A stretch of DNA of 64,000 bases, taken from the IMG/VR virus record IMGVR_UViG_3300037418_001469, one strand, 5' to 3'. A program made the position numbers and the translations under genes. The DNA is from a virus. Each line of letters begins with the position of its first letter. Position 1 is the first letter of the stretch. This document shows, piece by piece, positions 8,250-16,115 of this stretch. The notes below the pieces were generated by a model. It was not told the DNA's origin. It worked only from the letters and a program-made list of their open reading frames with translations, and searched no databases.

Positions 8250-10715
8250 TTACCTCACAGGACACAGACCTGAGTCGCATCCATCCATTCCATCAAGAGA
8301 TGTTTCATCATCACCTGTTGTTTCAAACAATTCCAACACACTCATATCAAATGCCTGCATCTCTTCAAGTAGCTTTTCATATTGCTCTTTAGTACAGCTT
8401 TCATATGGGGCTAATTGATAGGTTCCTCCGTCGTGTGATAGGAATGATACTCCAACAAAGTTTGACCAATTATCAAAGATAATATCACGAGCAGTATTCC
8501 ACTCGTCAGGCTTAACTGTAATTGTATTAGATGAATTGTGTTCAGTGTATACATCTTGGAAAGCGAAATAAGTTGCAAACTGTTGTGCTACAGAAATTTC
8601 ATCTTTAGTAATCTTCTGACCTGAGTAAACAGGGAAGTCAACTACATAGGTGCGAGCGTTCTTCATTTTCTCCTCATATGTAGCTCCTTGTGTGCCATTC
8701 TCAGGGTTTACATTCCAACCTTTATGATATAGAATAGCTTTGGCTAATGGGTCATCAGCGTTGATTCTAACTCGTCTGATGAAGTATTCACTATGAGAAA
8801 AATGGAGTCCACTAGACACCCCTCCTGCGACCTGTGATAAGGTCCCTTCGGGTTTTACAGTTGTTACCAATAGTGGGGCAGGTATACGAAGGTACTTAGC
8901 ATATACATTAGCTTCTTCTCTAGCTACCTTACCTAATACTTCTAATAGTTCGTCTTCTTGCTCTTTCGTGTATCCAACTTGAGCCATAGCATCTTTAAGA
9001 CCTGTAATTGATGTACCAAGCAATCTATCAGTCTCTTGAGTGTGTGACCAGTGTGGAAGTTCAAGTTGAACAGTTGTCATACGAAGACCTGCTCTCGCAC
9101 TTCTACGCTGTGCCTCAATCAATCCATCTACATCAAGGAACTTATTGCCTTTGCTATCTGTCTTGACAAATCGTACAAAGTTTACAGTAGTTAAATTACA
9201 AACTCCATATGTATGCAACAAAATTTCGGCACATGGGTTTAGACCAATCAACTCTGCGTATTCACGAATTAATTTAGGGTCAGTAATACCCATTTGAACT
9301 AATCTTCTACGACTAGCTTCATACAGGTTGATAAATCCAGGCTCTCCTTCTGCCTCCATAATCTTAAATACCATATCAAGGAAATCAAATACAGGCTTAT
9401 CAATGAAAGCAATAGAGTTATTAGACATTGCTCTGTGGTAGAATCCAGTACCAAAGTTGAAAGGAGATAAACTACCATCCTCTTCTCTGCGTGGTTCTTT
9501 CGTAACGAAGTCAATGTTGATATTTTCATCATAATTACGAACACCAATCTTCTCAAACCACTCAGGATATACAATACCTTTCTCGTCTAGATATGCTTTT
9601 AATTTCTCATGCTTTTGGAAGTCTTTCTCTTTCCAGTAACCATTAACACCATACTTAGCCCATAGGCTTTCAAAATCATCAGCGTCAAATAAGAAAATTT
9701 CTGCTGTCCTGCGTACTCCTCCAACAACTACATTATTACCTATCAGATTGCCCATATCCAAAATATGAACAGGTCTTACATGACCATAACCATCTTCATC
9801 AACCTCAATAGGTGCTAGTGTTACATCTACTTGATTTTTTAGTACTCTGTCAAATCCTGAGAACATTTCCTGTAGAGGACTTGGACCTGAAGCTGTACCT
9901 CCAAAAGTTTTAAGCCTTGCTCCTTTATCACGAACTGCATCATAGCAGAAAACAATCTTATGTACATCTGAATACCGTCTATTTGTTAGTAATTTAATAT
10001 ATAAGTTTAGAGCCTCAACCCATCCTTCTTTACTATCACCAACATCAATACCGTACACACCATTAAACTCAATTACTTCTTTTTCTTCTTCATCGTCCGA
10101 CCAAAAAGCATCTGCATATGGCTCATATTGTCCATCTTCTGTTTCTACTAACTTAGCCATACGAGAATGTTCTAAATGATATTTCTTTCCTTCGTATGGT
10201 ACATGTTCAACAACTACATCTGTTTTAATCTTTGCTAAGTTCTTAGCCATATTAAGTGTAGACTTAAATCCTACTCCTGTTCCTACTAATAAGAGGTAGA
10301 ATAAATCTCCTAAGTCCTCCCACTTGCTAATGTTAACAAATGAGCAGTTAAAGTTTGCTAATGGGTACTTATCTGCTACTCCGTTATCACTTCCTCCTAC
10401 CCAAAGCGTTCTTCCTGATAGGAATTGGTCTAGGTTGAACATTGAGTCAAACCAAGTTTCTGCCTCTTGTTTTAATTCAGAAAATACGAATGGGATACCA
10501 ATTTTCTTAGCATGTTTAATATGTAGTTGGACATTGTACTCTACGGAACGTCTAACTGTCTCTTTCCATGTTTCTCTCCGACCCAACTCAGGTAGATAAC
10601 GAGAGTATGTTCTTAGATAAACGAAACTACCTAGTGTGTTCATGTGAGATGGAAAATCAGGATATTTGTTGATATACTTGTCTGTTAATAATTTCGGTGT
10701 TAATGTTTGTTGCAT
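8250..10715 (-). CDS. nrdJ: Class II (adenosylcobalamin-dependent) ribonucleotide reductase, monomeric RTPR type
   Basis: VYLRTYSR, SGRTLW, NCSF, VVVGGVRRTAEI, NPCAEI, TVKPEGT, C-terminal CDSGLCPVR. Confidence 0.93.
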   Translation of the reverse strand: MQQTLTPKLLTDKYINKYPDFPSHMNTLGSFVYLRTYSRYLPELGRRETWKETVRRSVEYNVQLHIKHAKKIGIPFVFSELKQEAETWFDSMFNLDQFLSGRTLWVGGSDNGVADKYPLANFNCSFVNISKWEDLGDLFYLLLVGTGVGFKSTLNMAKNLAKIKTDVVVEHVPYEGKKYHLEHSRMAKLVETEDGQYEPYADAFWSDDEEEKEVIEFNGVYGIDVGDSKEGWVEALNLYIKLLTNRRYSDVHKIVFCYDAVRDKGARLKTFGGTASGPSPLQEMFSGFDRVLKNQVDVTLAPIEVDEDGYGHVRPVHILDMGNLIGNNVVVGGVRRTAEIFLFDADDFESLWAKYGVNGYWKEKDFQKHEKLKAYLDEKGIVYPEWFEKIGVRNYDENINIDFVTKEPRREEDGSLSPFNFGTGFYHRAMSNNSIAFIDKPVFDFLDMVFKIMEAEGEPGFINLYEASRRRLVQMGITDPKLIREYAELIGLNPCAEILLHTYGVCNLTTVNFVRFVKTDSKGNKFLDVDGLIEAQRRSARAGLRMTTVQLELPHWSHTQETDRLLGTSITGLKDAMAQVGYTKEQEDELLEVLGKVAREEANVYAKYLRIPAPLLVTTVKPEGTLSQVAGGVSSGLHFSHSEYFIRRVRINADDPLAKAILYHKGWNVNPENGTQGATYEEKMKNARTYVVDFPVYSGQKITKDEISVAQQFATYFAFQDVYTEHNSSNTITVKPDEWNTARDIIFDNWSNFVGVSFLSHDGGTYQLAPYESCTKEQYEKLLEEMQAFDMSVLELFETTGDDETSLDGMDGCDSGLCPVR

Positions 10716-10737
10716 ATTGTTGTCTCCTTCCAATTTA

Positions 10738-11298
10738 TCACTTGATGTAACTTCTTGTTAATAGCTTGTTGAAACGGTAATCTCTATTAAAAGGTAGCCA
10801 TGCCATCATTTCAGTCGGCACTTTAATAGTTGATTTGCCATATACATATACTGGCTCGATACCTAATGATAGAATGTCTTCGGGTTTAACTAATACAAAT
10901 TTTGGATTTGATGTAGCATACCCCATAACAAATAGAATGACAACTTTCTCTAAATCTTTGTACTGTTCTAATTGCTTCACTTTAAAATAACACTCTTTAG
11001 AATGAGGGTTACAAACTTTCACTTCGATAAAGTTTGCTCTTATTCTTCTACTCTCCTTATATTTAAGTAAATAATCAGGAAATAAGTCTACATTAGCAAC
11101 ATCTTGATTCCTATCGTATGTAATCTTTCCTTCTTCATCTGAACCTACATAAAGCACTTCGGGATTTTCGATGTCACTGTTGTTAAGTATGTCTCTAAAG
11201 ATGTTAATAGACGTTACTTCGGCACTTAAGCCTTTTTCCATATCTGCAATAAATTCTTCTTTTGTCCTACTGTCGAATTTATAATTATTTACAGACAT
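10738..11298 (-). CDS. Putative PD-(D/E)xK nuclease-fold protein
   Basis: Upstream G..AE helix, then FPDYLL...FIEVK. Confidence 0.55.
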   Translation of the reverse strand: MSVNNYKFDSRTKEEFIADMEKGLSAEVTSINIFRDILNNSDIENPEVLYVGSDEEGKITYDRNQDVANVDLFPDYLLKYKESRRIRANFIEVKVCNPHSKECYFKVKQLEQYKDLEKVVILFVMGYATSNPKFVLVKPEDILSLGIEPVYVYGKSTIKVPTEMMAWLPFNRDYRFNKLLTRSYIK

Positions 11299-11316
11299 AT
11301 CCTCTCCTCCTTTTAT

Positions 11317-11345
11317 ATTATATTTGAATTATAAGAGGAAGTCAA
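11317..11345 (-). promoter_or_regulatory. sigmaA-type promoter overlapped by a hairpin
   Basis: TTGACT-N17-TATAAT; AAGAGGAAGT/ACTTCCTCTT inverted repeat spans the -35. Confidence 0.7.
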
Positions 11346-11360
11346 TAAAAACTTCCTCTT

Positions 11361-11771
11361 TTATAGCATCATTAATGTTCCTTTTGGTCTGTTCTCTTTT
11401 GGTGGTTTTTCGTCGAATATATACTTCTCTAATTGTAACCAATCAATTCCACCATTCATTTGAGCGTATATACCTTTGTCATCTATGTAACAATGGGCAA
11501 ATATCTTTCTTCCTCCTTCGCCCCAATGCTCTTTTTCGGACGGAAGAATCTCATTAAATGAATCGTAGGGTATATTATGCAAGGCTAAAAAATTCTTAAC
11601 TGCTATTTCGTGTACTCCTGTTCGACAGGTCCAAATAGCAATCTCTCCACCGTTTTCTTTGATTCTACGAATCACTCTATCAGCATGTGGATTTAACTCT
11701 CCAATTTCAGGAAATTTTGTATTGATTGTTATTGTATCGTCAAAATCGACTGCATATGTTTTAAATCTCAT
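11361..11771 (-). CDS. Capless HAD-superfamily phosphatase
   Basis: AVDFDDTI (motif I), WTCR (II), K (III), YIDDK (IV). Confidence 0.85.
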   Translation of the reverse strand: MRFKTYAVDFDDTITINTKFPEIGELNPHADRVIRRIKENGGEIAIWTCRTGVHEIAVKNFLALHNIPYDSFNEILPSEKEHWGEGGRKIFAHCYIDDKGIYAQMNGGIDWLQLEKYIFDEKPPKENRPKGTLMML

Positions 11772-11815
11772 GTTATCACCTCATGGTCTTCTTATACTTA
11801 CTTTTGTATATTTTA

Positions 11816-12313
11816 TTATGCTCTAGCAAGACTGTTAACAAAAGGTAGTACCCATACATATACAGGGTCATTTACAGTAGGCATAACCTGTGGTATAGGT
11901 GAATTAACTCCGTGGCTAGACTCAATCGTTCTTAATATGTCATCAAACTTTTCTGCTCCAACTATACCTAGCAGTGGTAGTAGTTTCTGTCTAGCTGATA
12001 GTGGGTGTAATGGGTCTTCATTTAATATTTGAGTAGGTGTTTTTCCAAACCCTTCATCTATCTCTTCTAGGCTATACCTAGTTATGTCTTGCAATAAGAT
12101 AGCACTTTTTACTACATCAGACGCATAATCATCTGCATCTAATACCTCTAATAATGTCTTGGAATACTCAACTGCCTTTTTCGTTTCCTCTGTAAAGTTA
12201 GTCAAGTCTTCGTAAAATTCAGGTAATTTATCAAGTGCCTCTACTACAAAATCTCTAATCTTATCATCTTGTATTTGTTCAATTTCATTTAGAAATAAAT
12301 GCACTAGGCTCAT
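11816..12313 (-). CDS. HD-fold-like protein with degenerate metal site
   Basis: SAILLQDI where HD proteins have AALLHDI; HPL and ESSHG segments follow. Confidence 0.5.
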   Translation of the reverse strand: MSLVHLFLNEIEQIQDDKIRDFVVEALDKLPEFYEDLTNFTEETKKAVEYSKTLLEVLDADDYASDVVKSAILLQDITRYSLEEIDEGFGKTPTQILNEDPLHPLSARQKLLPLLGIVGAEKFDDILRTIESSHGVNSPIPQVMPTVNDPVYVWVLPFVNSLARA

Positions 12314-12882
12314 TTAGTCACCTCATTTGCAAACTTACAAATTTCAGCGTAAATAATTTCCTCTAATATGTTTTCTGTTAGCTTGGCAAATCCTCTAATG
12401 TTTTTAACAACATAATCATACTGTCCACTGTTAGCCATCTCATTTTCATATGTAGCTAATCTGCTCTCTATATTTCCTAGCGTATCTCCTCTCCCAACCA
12501 TATTGTTTATGCAATCATCTTCTTCTGCGTATAGAAAGATAGAAACTACATTTTTGTATTTTTCTTTAATCTGATTAAATCCATTATTGTCACAAATAAA
12601 GAAAGCATGACCTGTTTCTAATTTAGTCATCAACTCTTCCATAGTTAGACCATAGAAGTTACCACTTTGAGGAGGATACTCGGTATATTCTGCTAGCTTA
12701 TCGTGGTATAATAATGAATCAAAATCTATGTTATTAATAAACTTGTAAGCTAGACCATCTTTTTCTCCTTCTCGCATTGGTCGAGTGGTAAAGCTAAGCA
12801 ATTCATTGTCCATTATGTTTTTCATTAGGGTCGTTTTTCCCGAACCACTTGGTCCAGTGATGCAGAATAGAATATTGTTCAT
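12310..12882 (-). CDS. gmk: Guanylate kinase-like nucleotide monophosphate kinase
   Basis: GPSGSGKT, SFTTRPMREGE.DG..Y.F, NFYG motifs. Confidence 0.85.
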   Translation of the reverse strand: MNNILFCITGPSGSGKTTLMKNIMDNELLSFTTRPMREGEKDGLAYKFINNIDFDSLLYHDKLAEYTEYPPQSGNFYGLTMEELMTKLETGHAFFICDNNGFNQIKEKYKNVVSIFLYAEEDDCINNMVGRGDTLGNIESRLATYENEMANSGQYDYVVKNIRGFAKLTENILEEIIYAEICKFANEVTK

Positions 12883-13451
12883 TTGGATTCCTCCTCGTAT
12901 TCTTTAAGCAGAAACTCTAAGATTTGTAAAAATCTATTTTTACAGTGTACATTGCCGAATCGTGGAATACTGATTCCATTATATATAGGTTTAATTTCAA
13001 ACTCTTCTGGATTAATCATTAGCTGTCCAATTTCATTGGCAAGTAGGAAGTTATCATAGTGCTTAACCGTTCTCCATTCTTCCTCTGTTGGCTCAGGAAG
13101 CCCAAAGTGCTCCCATACTACTGATGATACTTTATCCTCTAGGTCTGTATAAATCTTTCCTAATACAGACTTTAATGGTCTATTTACATCTGTAAGCCAT
13201 GTTTCGCTAGAATCATGTAGCAAACAATACAGTTGAATTTTAGCTGACATGTTATCCTTTCTAGCCTGCTCTGCACATAAGATAGAGTGTGTTGCCACAC
13301 TATAAAAGTCTTTTGTGTGTCCTGTGAAGCGACAGTTATTTGATAATGCATGAGCAATATCTACCCTATCTACTTCATCAGGTGTAGGGTCTAACAAGTG
13401 AAAATGTTTTCCTGTGTATGTCATTATCCATGCGCCTCTGTTACGTTCCAT
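12879..13451 (-). CDS. HD-domain 5'-deoxynucleotidase (YfbR/YfdR-like)
   Basis: DIAHALS..CRFTGH, YSVATHS, LLHDSSE.W.TD..P.K; start reassigned to MERNR. Confidence 0.85.
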   Translation of the reverse strand: MERNRGAWIMTYTGKHFHLLDPTPDEVDRVDIAHALSNNCRFTGHTKDFYSVATHSILCAEQARKDNMSAKIQLYCLLHDSSETWLTDVNRPLKSVLGKIYTDLEDKVSSVVWEHFGLPEPTEEEWRTVKHYDNFLLANEIGQLMINPEEFEIKPIYNGISIPRFGNVHCKNRFLQILEFLLKEYEEESK

Positions 13452-13485
13452 ATGTATCTCTCCTTTTGTTAAAATAAGGGGGATG

Positions 13486-13743
13486 CTATTCCCCCTTAAA
13501 AAGCTCCTGTTGTCGTGCAAATCCTAATAGTTCATCTAGCTTATTTAAAGCATCAACCAACGCATAGTGGATTCCTATTCCTTCATTAAAATCAGCAGGA
13601 TTTACACATGCAGATGTTCCGACAATTTCAAAGCCATTCTTTGTAGTTATCAAAACCACTGTAGTTTTTGCTCCTAGCTTTACTTGTGCTACACTTCTTA
13701 CCTGTTTATCTAATAAAGCAGATTGATATTCGGTTAGTTTCAT
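13486..13743 (-). CDS. Phage Gp49/gp66-family protein (possible Acb4-like cyclic-nucleotide sponge)
   Basis: TTVVLITTKNGFEIVGTSACVNPADFNEGIG..A...A.NKL..LLGF signature; start MKLTEY after AAAGGTG. Confidence 0.8.
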   Translation of the reverse strand: MKLTEYQSALLDKQVRSVAQVKLGAKTTVVLITTKNGFEIVGTSACVNPADFNEGIGIHYALVDALNKLDELLGFARQQELFKGE

Positions 13744-13744
13744 A

Positions 13745-14926
13745 TTATTCACCTTTCTTTTTCTTTCTCCGCAATGTTGGAGAAATAAAATATGTTTCTG
13801 CTGTTTCATCAAGCATTTGTTGAATCTCAGGGTCATCTTTAGCTAGTTTATCAACATCTGTTTTATTAACTGATAATAACTTGTCAAACTGTGTAGGGAA
13901 AGCAGTAATTACAGTTGAAACATCATAGCTTTTTCTAGCGTTGTTTGTCACATACCGTTCTCCACCACTAACACTAATTGGTGTATTATCGGTTGCCTTA
14001 AGTTCTTCTTTGAATCTAGTCTCGATTTCTTTTTTTCGACCAGTAAGAATCTTAATGTGTGCATTAATTTTTTCGAGTTGTTCGTCTAATTCTTCAAATT
14101 CTAACAACTTCATATCTTCATCTTGTGGCTCACTATTGACTAATTCTTGATATGCATTACAACCATGCCTTGAGTCGCACCACCCACAATATTTGTTGAG
14201 TGTAGCTACTGGTGATACATCATATTTAATTTGATAGTACATATGAATTAACCAATTCTTAAATGTTTCTAATTCCTCATTAGTCCTTGTAGTAGAAACG
14301 AAATCTCCTAATCTAACATACTGTAATTGAAGTACCACATTCTCATATTCAGGATAGATATAACTAGCAACTAAGGCATACATACTTAGCTGTTCATCTA
14401 CATCAGCCTCACTTTTTGTCAATGCAATTCGTGATGTTTTATAGTCAACTATGTATAATGTGTCATTATCAGGATTATAATCAATTCTATCAATAAATCC
14501 AAAGATATATGGTTTATCATCATTTTCTAGCTTACTCAGGAACTCTTTCGCTTGGTCTCTATCGCTAAAATCAACACCAGTAGTGTCTACAACAATATCG
14601 TCCTCAATGTTAATTGCGAATGCTTGTTCAAGACCTAATGTTAATAAGCTGTCTTTGTTTGTGTATGTAGTAAAGTTTTGCACCATTTCAATTCCGTCTT
14701 TATAGAATTGAAGGTCAACAACGTCTGACTTTCTCCATTCTTCTTCATAGATTTCAAGAATATCTTTATCTTCCTGAAACCATCTTTCAAATACCGTATG
14801 AACCATAGTTCCAAATCGTAAATGTATTGCATCTGACCTTACCTTATTTTCGTAAGCCTGATAGTAAGCCTCTGTGCATTGCAAATACTTTTTTAATCTA
14901 CTTGCTGATAGATAGTGTATAATCAA
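13745..14926 (-). CDS. PD-(D/E)xK RecB/Cas4/AddB-like exonuclease with probable Fe-S staple
   Basis: LSASRL..YLQC, FGTMVH..FE, GFIDRID, IVDYKT, QLSMY, CGWC-x5-C. Confidence 0.88.
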   Translation of the reverse strand: MIIHYLSASRLKKYLQCTEAYYQAYENKVRSDAIHLRFGTMVHTVFERWFQEDKDILEIYEEEWRKSDVVDLQFYKDGIEMVQNFTTYTNKDSLLTLGLEQAFAINIEDDIVVDTTGVDFSDRDQAKEFLSKLENDDKPYIFGFIDRIDYNPDNDTLYIVDYKTSRIALTKSEADVDEQLSMYALVASYIYPEYENVVLQLQYVRLGDFVSTTRTNEELETFKNWLIHMYYQIKYDVSPVATLNKYCGWCDSRHGCNAYQELVNSEPQDEDMKLLEFEELDEQLEKINAHIKILTGRKKEIETRFKEELKATDNTPISVSGGERYVTNNARKSYDVSTVITAFPTQFDKLLSVNKTDVDKLAKDDPEIQQMLDETAETYFISPTLRRKKKKGE

Positions 14927-15159
14927 TCTGTTTCCTCCTCTAGCAATTCTTTCTTTAAGGACTCCATTTGAATCAATAAGTTATCTTTAATCCTCTTGGC
15001 ATCTTCTTCTGTTACATTATCAAAATCGACAGAATACTCTTTTGCTGTTAGAATGGCTAACTTATTCCCTTCTTTTTGACTGAGGGCATACACACCGTAT
15101 GTATCTGATAGTATGTAAGCTAGTCCAGTTGCATAAAGTAGTTTCTCTAATCTTGTCAT
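14923..15159 (-). CDS. Hypothetical protein
   Basis: GAGGTG RBS; overlaps the downstream gene start. Confidence 0.65.
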   Translation of the reverse strand: MTRLEKLLYATGLAYILSDTYGVYALSQKEGNKLAILTAKEYSVDFDNVTEEDAKRIKDNLLIQMESLKKELLEEETD

Positions 15160-15180
15160 TCTATCACCTCTTAAGATAGT

Positions 15181-15198
15181 GGGGAGATTTCTCTCCCC
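15181..15198. terminator. GC-rich intergenic hairpin
   Basis: GGGGAGA-tttc-TCTCCCC. Confidence 0.55.
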
Positions 15199-15204
15199 TA
15201 TGTA

Positions 15205-15444
15205 TTATTTACGATGTTTTGCGATTTCTGCTAGAACCTCTTCACGAGCATAATCTACTAATCCAAGAATCATGATTAAGTCATTAATTCCTACTGTACG
15301 AAAAATTGTCTCTCCATCTTTTGTGCGACCAACGACAACCATGTAGCCGATATCTTCTAGATTCAAGTTTTCGTCTGTAGATGTGCTTACCTCTGTAAAT
15401 GGAACATCAATAATATCTTCTTCTGTTTTTTTATTTTGTGTCAT
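15205..15444 (-). CDS. Hypothetical protein
   Basis: AAGGAGG RBS and its own promoter. Confidence 0.7.
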   Translation of the reverse strand: MTQNKKTEEDIIDVPFTEVSTSTDENLNLEDIGYMVVVGRTKDGETIFRTVGINDLIMILGLVDYAREEVLAEIAKHRK

Positions 15445-15473
15445 ATGTATTTTCCTCCTTAATTTATATTATA

Positions 15474-15502
15474 ATTATACTATAAATTATTAACAATGTC
15501 AA
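15474..15502 (-). promoter_or_regulatory. sigmaA-type promoter in the 3' end of the sigma gene
   Basis: cccTTGACA-N17-TATAAT. Confidence 0.8.
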
Positions 15503-16115
15503 GGGAATATCGTTTCTTGTATTCTTCTGAAATCTTCTTCATTCCTCTTGTTATAATAGAATATGTATTTTGATATGCTAGTCCTTTTATCATGGCGATA
15601 TCTCTTGGTCTCATATCTTTATTTATATATAGCCTGAGAATATCAGCTTTTGTTTCATCAAATATTGAGGATATAATGCTCTCTATGTTTTGCCTAAACT
15701 CATTCTTAAGCACCTCATCTTCTATTGTTATAAAACATAGCAACCTACTTTTACCGTCACTTGAAATATCTCTATCTAAACCTACTTGAATTTCTTTTTT
15801 TAAGAATGGGTTTCTCATTTCAGCGTTCCAATATTCTAATTCTCTTTTACATTGATTCACCATAAATGTTTTCGAATAACTTAGAAAACTAGGATTTTTG
15901 GGGTCATATTCCAAACATGCCTCATATAATGCATTCAAGCATATAGAATAAAAGTCATCATATTCAAACTTATAATGTAGACTAGAATAGTAATCTGCCA
16001 AATGAACCATAAGGGGCTTTGCTAACCCCTCTAGTTCACCAAACGCATAACAGTCTCCTTCTACAACTCTTCTAACTATTAACTTTGCTTTATCTTGCTC
16101 TTGCTGAATACTCAT
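15480..16115 (-). CDS. RNA polymerase sigma-70-family alternative sigma factor (SigH/ComX-like size)
   Basis: GD..AFGEL; region-2-like DDFYS.....LYEA..EYD....SFLSY; region-4 HTH (PRDIAMIKG...QNTY....RGMKKI). Confidence 0.85.
   Translation of the reverse strand: MSIQQEQDKAKLIVRRVVEGDCYAFGELEGLAKPLMVHLADYYSSLHYKFEYDDFYSICLNALYEACLEYDPKNPSFLSYSKTFMVNQCKRELEYWNAEMRNPFLKKEIQVGLDRDISSDGKSRLLCFITIEDEVLKNEFRQNIESIISSIFDETKADILRLYINKDMRPRDIAMIKGLAYQNTYSIITRGMKKISEEYKKRYSLDIVNNL

Noticed and set aside
10716-10740. Cobalamin riboswitch upstream of nrdJ
   Set aside because: Only about 20 nt separate nrdJ from the upstream gene
12879-13451. DatZ-type HD enzyme implying a 2-aminoadenine (Z) genome
   Set aside because: No PurZ or MazZ in the window, and the polymerase is family C; cannot be excluded for the rest of the genome
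13745-14926. Cas4-like gene as evidence of a CRISPR-Cas system
   Set aside because: No cas1/cas2 or array seen; the context is a phage recombination nuclease
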